From: Dehalococcoidia bacterium | Lineage (GTDB): Bacteria; Chloroflexota; Dehalococcoidia; Lucifugimonadales; UBA3495 | Direction: 5' to 3' | NCBI GenBank assembly: GCA_965261195.1 | Contig: CBDHDC010000002.1 | Coordinates: forward strand, 35,266-99,265 | Length of the DNA stretch: 64,000 bases | Shown: positions 9,007 through 18,403 of the stretch, one piece after another | Layout of the letters: each line of letters opens with the position of its first letter | Position numbering within the stretch: position 1 is the first letter of the stretch | Program-made: the position numbers and the translations under genes | The notes under the pieces: model-generated | What the model saw: the letters and a program-made list of their open reading frames with translations, nothing else | Databases searched by the model: none | What the model was told of the DNA's origin: nothing

Positions 9007-9474
9007 TCAAGTTTGGGTTGTAAAGGAGTAATTGTCGGGAAATTCGCGGGGATGGTAACAGTTTGCAGTCTGCTGGGCGAGAGCAGATGTCCTCTGGAGA
9101 GGGGGAAAGCCAAAGGGTTGGCGGTTTCCAGAGGGTTTCTCAGGATTTGTTTGGTAGAGCCGGGGCCTGTTTGGCAGACCTGTTTGCTCGTTTGCGGCGG
9201 GAGTGGCGACGGGTGGCGTGCCAGACGTACGCAGAATGTCCAGCTGCTGGGCGATCTCTGTGTTGCAAGCGCGTGCATGGTCGAGGGTGTGGAGCGTTTC
9301 GGTGAGGTCGCTCAGCAAGATGTTGAACGCTTCCTGATTGAATACCGGTAGGTACGGCGGACTTGTGGGAGCTTCGAGGGTAGGTGCGTCGCAGAAAGAA
9401 CCGGTGTCGACCGGTGTGGACTGGATCAGGTCGGAACGTATCTGATTGTCTGTCTGTGTAATCAGGCGGGCCAT
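9007..9474 (-). CDS. hypothetical protein (weak call)
   Basis: 155-aa ORF with partly low-complexity composition and no motif. Confidence 0.3.
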   Translation of the reverse strand: MARLITQTDNQIRSDLIQSTPVDTGSFCDAPTLEAPTSPPYLPVFNQEAFNILLSDLTETLHTLDHARACNTEIAQQLDILRTSGTPPVATPAANEQTGLPNRPRLYQTNPEKPSGNRQPFGFPPLQRTSALAQQTANCYHPREFPDNYSFTTQT

Positions 9475-11474
9475 GTCCTTCTTGATGAGCGCCAGAAGGA
9501 GGTTCTGGGGCAGGACGAAGCTGCCAGGAGTGAGTGTGGCGGTGAGAAGAACGACGTAACCGGCATGAACAGGTCGCTTGCTTGGGTTTATGTCCGGGCT
9601 TTTGGGCGGACTGGGCGCTAGCTTGTTGGATTTTGGATGCGCCGGTGGCGCCGGATGTGCTCAAGGATCGATGTCTTCATGAGCGACGCCGGCTTGTGGA
9701 GGAGGGAAGTTGTGGTGTCAGGGGGGTCTTCTGCTTTTGTGAGGGCAAGGATAGCCAGGAAGTCTGCTTCGGAAGAGCGGGGCAGACTCCCCGACGCTTC
9801 CCGTAAATCATTATAGGACTTGTGTAATTTCGGGTAATTTTGCCTTTGAGGTTGCATGGCGTATGATATCGGCGTTCCTGCTGCACCCCTCAGTTGCTTT
9901 ACGCAGTGAGATTTATCTTTCCCGGTAGGAGTTGGCAGCAAGCTCCGCCGCTTGGAAGGGCCGCTTTTCGGGCTCTTCCCGGCAGTTCCATTTGCTTGGA
10001 GGAAGTTTCCGGGACTTCTTCCTCGGCGTTGTGCGAAGACATAAGTGCTTCACGCACGCCGTATTCCGTTTCGGCTTCCGTCACTACGAGGACGGGGCCA
10101 CATTCGGTTTCCTCAAGGGCCTACGACTATGTGTTTCGATGCACGTACGGTGCAGTTGAAAACGCAAAATGTGCGGTTCACAGCCGCTTTCCTCATGCCT
10201 GAACCTTCTGCGTCCAGCGGAAGATCCGGCCTTTTTCCCCGCTTCTGCGTCCAGTGGAAGCGCGGATGTTGTGTGCCCTCGCGTTCAGCGAGGCCATGGT
10301 TTGACCGTCAACCCCGGTCGTTCAGAACCGGGAGGCAGCACAAACCGTCGTCCAGACGGGAATTTGTGCGGCTCCGCACGCCGCAAAGTTGTATCGCGGC
10401 TGCGGCATGGATTTGATATACGCCTGTGGCGTCACTAGCGAGGGATTTTACGGCTAGTGACGACGGAACGGCGTAAATGGTTTAAGTCTTTAAGAACGAA
10501 AGGTTTAGATTGGGTTGAACTGGCGTCCACAAAAAAGATTTCAGGTGAGACACCAAATTGTCCACAATTTTGCCTTTGGTAAGGGTCCGTCCCTGCCGAA
10601 GCTGTGCTGGAGACTCGCAGTAGTCCCGTAAGGGTGCGAGTTTCAGCGGCTCTGTTATTCCCCCCGAGTACGGGTGGGCCAGACACGACATGCTCTGTCT
10701 GGTGAGGGCCTGAGCACTGAGCGGTCAATTCCCCCCACAAATCAGGGCAGATTAAGCCTGGACAAGGTTTTTTCCACAGGAAAAGACTGGTACCGGAGGT
10801 GCGTTCAACCTTCGGAGGAGGTTGGTAACGGCTCTGGCGCTGCCATGGGGAAGCGTCCGTAGGTAGGTCACATAAAGGTGGCCTGAGAGGGGATATAAGT
10901 GGATTAAGGGTGGTATGGGTTGGAACGGGTTGAATCAAGGTTGAAAATGGGTAGATCAACCATCGGTTGAATTGGCTAAGACTTAGCTGAGAGTGGCTGG
11001 ACATGCTGCGAGTGCAAGTTGTAGGAGTCAGTTTCAAGCAATGGTTTCCTGGCGTTAATGCCGGGATCAGGCCGGATACGGTCGGTTTCCGGTTGAATTG
11101 ACTGTTGGCCTTGGGAAGGTAGAACGCGGACCGTCGGCAAGCCTGTTTTGAACTGCCGCGGACCTGGGGCATTGGGTGGGTGGAAGGGGTCGTCGACGGC
11201 ATGGGTCGACGGCTCGAATGGATGGGTCGGGAGCAGGGGCAGTTGGGAGGTGTCAGGAATGGAGGCCGGGCTGGGTTGGAGGCTGGACGGATTGGCGGCC
11301 GATGATCTGGGAATGGTGGTCTTGGTTCAGCTCAGTCCGAGGAAGCGTCTGAAGGTGGTTTGTGAGCTGAAGGCTGCCTTGGATTTGGAAGAGAATCTGG
11401 ACGGAGGGTCTTGATGGAGAAGTTGGACGTGGACACGCTGCGGGGGTCGCCTCTCAAAAGCATTTCTCAACCCG

Positions 11475-11729
11475 GTGATTGCCGAGGTTCGGGTCTGGAT
11501 GGGGATGGAGGCGTTATGGCATCTTCGGAAGCTGGGAGCGCGCAAGTTTGTGGACGTAGTTTCGGTGGAGACGTCGCTGTCGCTTCAGCGGGCCGAACTG
11601 TTGGTGAGGTGCTGGGAAGTAGCGAGAGGCAAGAACCGGGATCTTGTGCGGTTGTGCCTGGACCGGCCGTGGGAGTTGGTCGAGGGTTTTGAGGAGACAG
11701 ATTGCCCAGGGTTTTTTCTGGTTGGGTAG
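11475..11729 (+). CDS. hypothetical small protein (weak call)
   Basis: The 84-aa ORF has protein-like composition (EALWHLRKLGARKFVDVVSVETSLSLQRAELLVRCWEVARGKNRDLV) and runs into the 83-bp repeat E1. Confidence 0.3.
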   Translation: MIAEVRVWMGMEALWHLRKLGARKFVDVVSVETSLSLQRAELLVRCWEVARGKNRDLVRLCLDRPWELVEGFEETDCPGFFLVG

Positions 11730-11789
11730 TGTGATGGGAAGGGTGTACCCGGAAAAACGCTTCTGAGGCGATTCTGGGGACAAATTCAG
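11707..11789 (+). repeat. 83-bp direct repeat E1 (pair with 12253-12335)
   Basis: CAGGGTTTTTTCTGGTTGGGTAGTGTGATGGGAAGGGTG...GAAAAACGCTTCTGAGGCGATTCTGGGGACAAATTCAG is about 80% identical to E2. Confidence 0.75.
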
Positions 11790-12252
11790 TATCTGTTGGT
11801 GGGGTCGGTTGTCGGACGGCTGAGGTCAAGGGCGGGGGCGTGGCTTTCGGGCGTGGGCGGCGCAGCGGGAAACGCCCCCGCCCTTGTCTGTGGGTGGGTC
11901 GTGGTGCTGGGATTCTTTCGAGCCGGATGAGGTCGGGATGAGCCAGGCGAAGCAGAGGGAGCGCAAGGAACGCAGGTAAAAGTATGGGGTCCATGGGGGG
12001 ACTTCGCCGGCAGTCCCGGGAGAGGGCACTGGCAGGGGCATTGGCGGCTTGCCGTCACACATCGAGATTCCGCGTCATACGATTCAGGTTCCTGGATCAG
12101 GACCGGGATCCGGCCGAAGGGTTTCTTGAGTTTGTGGACAAGCTGCAGAACGCGACCCCTGAAGAGGCCGAAGGCTGGGTTCGTGGTGAGGAGGAAAGTA
12201 CGGACAGTTGAGCGGAGAGAGAGAAGGTTGAAAAACCGTCTGAGTGTCCGTT

Positions 12253-12335
12253 CAGGGTTTTTGCGGGTGGGGTAGTGTCATGGGCAGGGTGCTGTCTTGA
12301 AAACGCTTCTCAGGCAATTCTGGGAGCAAATTCGG
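12253..12335 (+). repeat. 83-bp direct repeat E2
   Basis: The sequence is CAGGGTTTTTGCGGGTGGGGTAGTGTCATGGGCAGGGTG...GAAAACGCTTCTCAGGCAATTCTGGGAGCAAATTCGG. It lies immediately 3' of the 485-aa gene (stop at 12351). Confidence 0.75.
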
Positions 12336-12350
12336 GAACGGTAAAGCTCC

Positions 12351-13808
12351 TCACCAGGGGCGGAGCGGATCAAGGACTTCCGCGGGCCAGGTGATCTGGT
12401 AGGAAAACGGTTCGTCCTCGAAGGTCAGGTTTTTCCGGTCAGCCTCTTGGGTGGTGATGTGATTCCAGAGATCAAAGGTTTCAATGTCGAGATAGAGCGA
12501 TTCCGTAACGATGAGCAGAGCGCCTTCTTCGTCGTAGGAAGCATCGAAGTCAGGACCGCGTTCGAGGATGTTGAGTGCCTGCACGTCGTTCTTGTCGCGG
12601 GCCTGGGTGGTGAGGGTCACTTTGTCCAGGTGGGGTTGCGGCCGTTCATGGACAGCATCGAGGACGTAGACGTTCAGGTAATGGAGCCAGGTGTCGAAGG
12701 CTTGGTTTTGCAGGAAGTCGTTGTACTCGATCAGGGCGTCGGTCATGTCGTCGATGATCTTTTCAGGCTTGAGTACTCGTTCGGGGTCGGCGCTTGGTTC
12801 TCGGTTCAGGTAGTCGCCGATGGGAAAGATCGTTTCCGACTCGGGCAGGGTGTCGATCGTTCGGGCCAGCTGGTGGCAAGGGTTCCGGATGTCTCTGGCG
12901 ATGTGCCGCAGGCCCTGCCGGTTTTGCGGCAGGTCGAGGGCGGCCTGGCGCGCGAGGTAGTTCTGGCAGGAAGAATCCATCAGCGTGTATTCGTCTGGGT
13001 CCTGGATATCGTTCAGGGTTGTCATGAGGGGCAGGAAGTCGTGGGGCCAGATGAAGGTATGGGCGCGGCGAATGTCTTGCTGGTGGTGACGTCGGAAACG
13101 TTTGGCCATGCCGGGAACGTCGGCCAGCTGTTGGGTCGATATTTTCTCCCAGGCTTCGGGGTCGGTGATCTCTCCGGTGTCCGGGTCTTGCATGGCTTTG
13201 GAAAAGATGAACGCCGGCGGCTCTTCCCGGAAGACGACTCGCAAGACAACGTCGCCGTCTTCGATGCGGAGCGTGAAGTCAGGACCGTTTTCGAGAATCT
13301 GTTTCGGAGACTGGTGGGCGCCAACCAGGAAGTCGATTTGAATTTGTCCGAAAGGGTCGAGGCCGTGTTTGGCGTCGAGCGGGCTTTTGGGAATGTCTGA
13401 GAGGACCAGGGCTTCGGCGCGGTTGGCGGGGAGTTTGACCGCGGTGGGGTCAAGAACATGGGCGCGGACCAGGTAGTGAACGGCCAGGACCCAGAACACG
13501 TTTGCTTCCAAGGTGAGAAGACGGAAATAGGTGCTTGCCGCCATGGCCTGCTGGCAGGTCAGGTGTTGGCCTCTGGTTTCGGTCAGCAGGCTTTGGAGGG
13601 GAAAGAGCGGCTGGATGTGGTTGGGGATATCCAGGAGGCTGTGGACGATGGCCCGGAGGGGCTCGTCCACAGCCTCTTGCATTTGTACGAGGTCGTTGTG
13701 GTCTTTTGCGTATGGGTTGTCCAGAGTTTCCAGAAATCCGCCAAGGACGTCTTCGTCGAGGGTGGTGGTCCAGGGCTCGTTCGGCATGGCTGTCGGGTCT
13801 CCGCTCAT
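12351..13808 (-). CDS. ORFan protein, paralog A (485 aa)
   Basis: Long ORF that is collinear with the upstream 478-aa gene and roughly 55-60% identical by eye. Shared blocks include WEKISTQQLADVPG.AKRFRRHH, NTWLHYLNVYVLDAVHERPQPHLDK and TWPAEVLDPL. The start overlaps the paralog B stop (ATGA). Confidence 0.8.
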   Translation of the reverse strand: MSGDPTAMPNEPWTTTLDEDVLGGFLETLDNPYAKDHNDLVQMQEAVDEPLRAIVHSLLDIPNHIQPLFPLQSLLTETRGQHLTCQQAMAASTYFRLLTLEANVFWVLAVHYLVRAHVLDPTAVKLPANRAEALVLSDIPKSPLDAKHGLDPFGQIQIDFLVGAHQSPKQILENGPDFTLRIEDGDVVLRVVFREEPPAFIFSKAMQDPDTGEITDPEAWEKISTQQLADVPGMAKRFRRHHQQDIRRAHTFIWPHDFLPLMTTLNDIQDPDEYTLMDSSCQNYLARQAALDLPQNRQGLRHIARDIRNPCHQLARTIDTLPESETIFPIGDYLNREPSADPERVLKPEKIIDDMTDALIEYNDFLQNQAFDTWLHYLNVYVLDAVHERPQPHLDKVTLTTQARDKNDVQALNILERGPDFDASYDEEGALLIVTESLYLDIETFDLWNHITTQEADRKNLTFEDEPFSYQITWPAEVLDPLRPW

Positions 13809-15241
13809 GAGGGTTGGAGTGGATCAAGGACTTCCGCGGGCCAGGTGAAGTGGTAGGCAAACGGCTCGCTTTCAAAGGTGAGGTTTTTTTGGTTCGCTTC
13901 CCGGACGGTGATGTGGTTCCAGATGGCCGTGGTGCCCGTGTCGTTGAAAAGCGGCTCTGTCGTGATGAGAAGGGTGCCGTCGGCGGCGTAAGAGGTATGG
14001 AAGTCGGGACCGCGTTCAAAAAAGTCGAAGGCCTGCACGTCGCCTTTGTCGCGGGCTTGGGTGGTGAGGGTCCGTTTGTCCAGGTGAGGTTGCGGCCGTT
14101 CATGGACGGCATCCAGGACGTAGACGTTCAGGTAGTGGAGCCAGGTGTTGAAGGCTTTGTCTTGCAGATAGTCGTAGTACGTGATGAAGGCGGTGGTCAC
14201 GTCAGGGGTGGTGTCTTTGGTGTCAGGTTTTCGCTGCAGGTAATCCTCGATTGGAAAAACGGCTTGGGACTCGGGCAGGGTGTCGATCAGGCGGGCGAGT
14301 AGATGGCAAGGGTTCCGGGTGTCCTGGGCGATTCGCCGCAGGCCTTCCCGGTTTTGCGGCAGGTCGAGGTCGGCCTGGCGTGAGAGGTAGTTCTGGAAAA
14401 AAGGATCCATGGTCTTTTGGTGGTGCGTATTCTGCGGGTTGTCCAGGGTTTTCATCACGGGCAGGAAGTCCTTGGGCCAGGTGAAAACATGTACGCGGTG
14501 GATGTTTTGAAGGTGGTGACGCCGGAAACGTTTGGCGAGGCCGGGAACGTCGGCCAGCTGTTGGGTCGATATTTTCTCCCAGGTTTTCGGGTCGGTAATA
14601 GCGTCTGTTTCTGGATCCTGGATGGTTTCGGAAAAGATGAATGCCGGCGGTTCCGCTTCGAGGACGACCCGCAGGATGATGTCTTCGTTTTCGACGCCAA
14701 GCGTGAAGTCGGGGCCGTTTTTGAGGACTTGCCTTGGGGACCGGTGTCCACCCAGCAGGAAGCGGACTTCAATCCAGCTGTCAGGGTCTGGGTCGTGCTT
14801 GGTGCCGAGCTGGTCCCCGGAAAGGTCCCACAGGGTCAGCGCTTCTTTGCGGTTGGCGGGGAGTTTGACGGTGCCGGTGTCGTCGAGGACGTAAGCGCGG
14901 ATCAGGTAGTGAACGGCGATGACCCAGAAGCTGATTTTTTCCAGTATCAGGAGGCTGTGGTAGATGTTGGCTGCCTGTGCCTGCTCGCAGGTGAGGTGCC
15001 GGACTCTGGGTTCGGTCAGCAACTTGCGAAGGGGAAAGAGCGGTTGTGTGTCGTCGGGTATGTCCAGGAGTGTATGAACGATATTCTGGAGCAGTCCGCT
15101 GATGGCCTCCTGCATTCGGGCGAGGGTTTCGCGGTCCTTCGGGTATGGGGTTTCCAGGGGCTCAAGAAAGTCGTTCAGGGTTTCTTCGTCGAAGACGGTG
15201 GTAAAGAGCTCGTTGTCTGGTATTGCTTTGGATGTTGGCAT
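13805..15241 (-). CDS. ORFan protein, paralog B (478 aa)
   Basis: See paralog A. No recognisable catalytic or binding motif. Confidence 0.8.
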   Translation of the reverse strand: MPTSKAIPDNELFTTVFDEETLNDFLEPLETPYPKDRETLARMQEAISGLLQNIVHTLLDIPDDTQPLFPLRKLLTEPRVRHLTCEQAQAANIYHSLLILEKISFWVIAVHYLIRAYVLDDTGTVKLPANRKEALTLWDLSGDQLGTKHDPDPDSWIEVRFLLGGHRSPRQVLKNGPDFTLGVENEDIILRVVLEAEPPAFIFSETIQDPETDAITDPKTWEKISTQQLADVPGLAKRFRRHHLQNIHRVHVFTWPKDFLPVMKTLDNPQNTHHQKTMDPFFQNYLSRQADLDLPQNREGLRRIAQDTRNPCHLLARLIDTLPESQAVFPIEDYLQRKPDTKDTTPDVTTAFITYYDYLQDKAFNTWLHYLNVYVLDAVHERPQPHLDKRTLTTQARDKGDVQAFDFFERGPDFHTSYAADGTLLITTEPLFNDTGTTAIWNHITVREANQKNLTFESEPFAYHFTWPAEVLDPLQPS

Positions 15242-15391
15242 GGCTGTCGGGTCTCCGCTTTCAGGTCATGTCAAGGAAGTCTTCGACCTCGCCCCATTCG
15301 ATCGGGGGCATGGTGCCGGTGGTCAGAAGTTTCAGATTACGGCTGGTGCTGGGGGCGTCGCGGGTCATGACCGTCGAATAGGTCTTGTTGG

Positions 15392-16399
15392 TTACGGGGT
15401 GGTCCATGTCGGGAGTGAGCAGATGGCAAGGAAGTCTTTGACGTTCTTCCATTCGGCCGGGGGCATGGCGCCAACGGCCAGAAGTTTCAGGTTGCGGCTC
15501 GTGCTGGGGGTATCACGGGTCACGACCGTCAGATAGATCTCGTTGGTTACAGGGTGGACCATGTCCGGAGCGAGCAGGCCGCAAAAGAGCGCTGTGGCTT
15601 CCTTGTAGGTGAGACCGAGGACCATGCCGGCGATATGTCTTGCTTGGTCGGGGTCGGTGTTGCTCAGGTGGTTTGTTACATGGTCCCCGAAACGGCTAAG
15701 GGTCCAGATGGCAAGGTTGCCGCCCCAGGAGCCATCGTTCATGACAAACGGCAAGCCTTGAGACGGGTCGAGAATGAGGGTCGAAAGGTGGCTGCGGAGG
15801 TCGCGGGGCGTCCAGAGCTCGTCGACGGCCTGGAAGTGGTTGTGGCTTGTGCTGGGGAGGTCTTTCACCATGTCTGCCAGTTCGAGCAGACGCTGGTTTC
15901 GAATGTTCAGGCTGACGTGGTTCCAGGCTTCAACCGGGCTTTGGCCGTCGGCGCAGGCTCTGAGAACGGACGCGGTGTGCTGCGGCGTTATGGCGTCGAA
16001 GCGTCCGAGAAGGCAGGCCGGGTTGAGAATCGGCGACAGGCTGGTGAGCAGGACGGTTCCGGCAGGTGGTTCAGGGAGGCCCAGAGCTTCAGCGGCGATC
16101 TTTGCGATGGCTTCCTGCGAAAGCGGCAGGGGGATGTCTTGTTCGCGGGCGGCAGTCAAGGCGGCCCAGGCTTCGAGATTGCCGCAGGTGTCGCCTTCCC
16201 AGGGAATCCAGGAAGGTTCGAAGTCGTTGTCGCGGACGTCGCCGGTCATGAAGAAGTGGTCGAGGTGGTCAAGGACTGGCTCAACGTCGGTGTGGTCGTG
16301 CTGGTTAAAAGCATTGTAGTAGCTGGCTTCGTGGTTGAGCTGGTAAGGCGGCAGGCCGTCCAGGATATTGGCCAGGCGGTTCAGGAAGGGGTTGTTCAT
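15392..16399 (-). CDS. ORFan protein (335 aa) with a duplicated C-terminal module
   Basis: Long ORF. The last ~45 aa (LLAPDMVHPVTNEIYLTVVTRDTPSTSRNLKLLAVGAMPPAEWKNVKDFL) are repeated out of frame just downstream (15261-15452: LLTPDMDHPVTNKTYSTVMTRDAPSTSRNLKLLTTGTMPPIEWGEVEDFL). Confidence 0.7.
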   Translation of the reverse strand: MNNPFLNRLANILDGLPPYQLNHEASYYNAFNQHDHTDVEPVLDHLDHFFMTGDVRDNDFEPSWIPWEGDTCGNLEAWAALTAAREQDIPLPLSQEAIAKIAAEALGLPEPPAGTVLLTSLSPILNPACLLGRFDAITPQHTASVLRACADGQSPVEAWNHVSLNIRNQRLLELADMVKDLPSTSHNHFQAVDELWTPRDLRSHLSTLILDPSQGLPFVMNDGSWGGNLAIWTLSRFGDHVTNHLSNTDPDQARHIAGMVLGLTYKEATALFCGLLAPDMVHPVTNEIYLTVVTRDTPSTSRNLKLLAVGAMPPAEWKNVKDFLAICSLPTWTTP

Positions 16400-16431
16400 C
16401 TGAATAGCTCCTTTGGGGTTTGGGTTCAGGT

Positions 16432-17355
16432 TTATTTTCCGAGATAGACGTAAGTAATCCGTAGGCGTCCATGCCCCATTTCCTCGCTGATCTTCAGGCG
16501 CGCCTGGACGTCGATCTTGTGGTTTTCTTTGGAAAGGTCGTCTTGGGGTAGTCCGCCTCTTGCGGGACAGTGCCAGCCTTCTCCTTTGGGATCGAGTTGT
16601 CGGGTGAGGGTTCTGTAACGTCGCTGGGCATAAGCGTGGCGCAGGCCGTGCATATTTGAGAGCCCGGCGCGGCGGCTCTGTGTCTTGAGAACGTTGCGTT
16701 GCTGGTGAAAATCCTTGTCTTCCGGTATCAAAGCTCTGCCTGGTGGAACCAGGGCTTTTGCTTCGTCCAGGGCCTGTCGTTGGCCGGGGGTGGTCAGGAG
16801 TACGTCGCGGGGCTTGCCACCCTTCGCCCAGCTATCTTGCAGGTGGATGCGGTCGCCGCGGTCGGCTTCGTGCGGTCGGATCATGATGGCCTCTTTCTGC
16901 CGCAGGCCGAACTCGCGTTGCAAGATGAGGCTCGCATGCGTCAGGGGGTCGCGGACCTTGCCCAGGGATCCCTGGTCGAGACTGCGGGCCTTGTCGGTGT
17001 AGTTGGGTTTTTCCCTGGGTGGAAGCATGCCGTACTCGTCGTTGGTGCGCTTGACGATGTTGGGCTTGCCGATTTCGGCGGCGAACCAGCGCAGGGTGGA
17101 CAAGCGGTTGTCAATGGTGCGGCGTGAGATGCCGTTGTCAGCCCACATTTGCAGGGCATGCTCGATGTGTTTGGGCCGGGTGTTCTCCGGCTTGGGGTTG
17201 TAGCCGCCGTCGTAAAGGGTCTGCACGAAGATGCGCAGGTAGCTCTCGCGTGCTTGGCGGGTTGCGTAGGAGCCGCTCGGGGCTTTTTCCTGGTGGACGT
17301 AGTCCAGCCACTTGCGCAGTTTGTTGTTGCTCAGGGGTTTGGGGTTGTTTTGCAT
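16432..17355 (-). CDS. tyrosine recombinase / phage-type integrase
   Basis: 307 aa containing HGLRHAYAQRRY and the C-terminal GHGRLRITYVYLGK (the R...HxxR...Y catalytic layout). The N-terminal region is homologous to the truncated copy at 5711-6145. Confidence 0.85.
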   Translation of the reverse strand: MQNNPKPLSNNKLRKWLDYVHQEKAPSGSYATRQARESYLRIFVQTLYDGGYNPKPENTRPKHIEHALQMWADNGISRRTIDNRLSTLRWFAAEIGKPNIVKRTNDEYGMLPPREKPNYTDKARSLDQGSLGKVRDPLTHASLILQREFGLRQKEAIMIRPHEADRGDRIHLQDSWAKGGKPRDVLLTTPGQRQALDEAKALVPPGRALIPEDKDFHQQRNVLKTQSRRAGLSNMHGLRHAYAQRRYRTLTRQLDPKGEGWHCPARGGLPQDDLSKENHKIDVQARLKISEEMGHGRLRITYVYLGK

Positions 17356-17357
17356 GG

Positions 17358-17681
17358 TCAGGGAACCAGCTGTCGGTCGTAGATGCGGCCGATCCAGCGA
17401 ATGGCGGAGAGCCGGTCGTTAATGGTTTTTTGTTTGACTTTGAGCTGCCAGAGGGTTTTCAAGAAAGCGGTATGGTCGGGGGTGAACTCGTCCGGTCGAA
17501 TGACCATGCCGGCTTTGGCCAGGGTTCGGGCGATAAGAAGAACGTGTCGGCGGCGGATTTTCCGCGTTGAGGGCTTGTTGGACCGGTGACGGTCAAGAAG
17601 GTCTTCCCAGCTCTTGTCAATATGTAAGCCATGTCGTTTTTGAATCCGGGCGATTTTCTTGCGGGCGCTGCGGGTTGGCAT
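17358..17681 (-). CDS. small protein resembling the integrase N-terminal (SAM-like) domain
   Basis: TPDHTAFLKTLWQLKVKQKTINDRLSAIRWIGRIY parallels KPKHIEHALQMWADNGISRRTIDNRLSTLRWFAAEIGK of the integrase. Its stop is 3 nt from the integrase start. Confidence 0.6.
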   Translation of the reverse strand: MPTRSARKKIARIQKRHGLHIDKSWEDLLDRHRSNKPSTRKIRRRHVLLIARTLAKAGMVIRPDEFTPDHTAFLKTLWQLKVKQKTINDRLSAIRWIGRIYDRQLVP

Positions 17682-17988
17682 GGTCAGGGTGTCCTGATTG
17701 GGTTGGGGTAAGGGAATTTGTTGAAAGGGGGATTTTGAGCCGTTTTTGCAGGGGGTGCAAGGAATTCCTGGACTTGATGAGATACTTTCGGGATGGTTTA
17801 TGCCTTGTGGCGAAGAGGGCGGTCTTGCTGCAGGGTTGATGGTGAGCAGGGATCAAGATGCTCAAGGTTGAATAAGGGTTGGAACAAGGCGGACAAGGAT
17901 TGGACAAGGACAGATTGCCTTTTCGGGAACGATTACGGTATAACGAAACAGGTATGCGGCAAGGGGTCCAGTTCGTTCAGGAAAAGAC

Positions 17989-18396
17989 TTGTTGGGGAGG
18001 ATTCAGGTGGTAGCGAAAAACTCGGAAACGGCGCCGAAAGGCAAGGTCAACATCCTGGATCGGTTGCAGGCGCGAGGAAGGATTCCCGGAACTCGAGGTG
18101 GCACGAAGCTTTCGAAGTTCATGGCCAGGGAAGAAGAAATCCGTGAGGCGCTGGCAGCCGGGTATTCGATAAAGGACGTGTATGACTGTTTGCAGGACGA
18201 AGGCGTCATTGACCTGTCGTATTCGCTTTTCAGCGAGTATGTGCGGACGAAGTTGCAGATGCGTCAGCGGCAGGGATTTGAGCGCGTCAAGGTGATTGCG
18301 GAAGGAGAAACGGTAGTCCAGGAACCTCAGCTGACCGAAGAGGAGAAAAAGCGGAACATGATGGTTCACGGCAATCCGGAAGGCCGGCCGGCGTAA
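17989..18396 (+). CDS. hypothetical small basic protein, possible HTH (start uncertain)
   Basis: The translation contains KLSKFMAREEEIREALAAGYSIKDVYDCLQDEGVIDLSYSLFSEYVRTKL. This is the first gene divergent from the integrase operon. Confidence 0.5.
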   Translation: MLGRIQVVAKNSETAPKGKVNILDRLQARGRIPGTRGGTKLSKFMAREEEIREALAAGYSIKDVYDCLQDEGVIDLSYSLFSEYVRTKLQMRQRQGFERVKVIAEGETVVQEPQLTEEEKKRNMMVHGNPEGRPA

Positions 18397-18403
18397 TGAG
18401 GCG

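Noticed and set aside
10435-11202. 255-aa minus-strand ORF in the ORF-poor region
   Set aside because: The sequence is Ser/Thr/Pro-rich and low complexity with no domain-like segment. I treat the region as probably non-coding (see the finding for 9480-12350).
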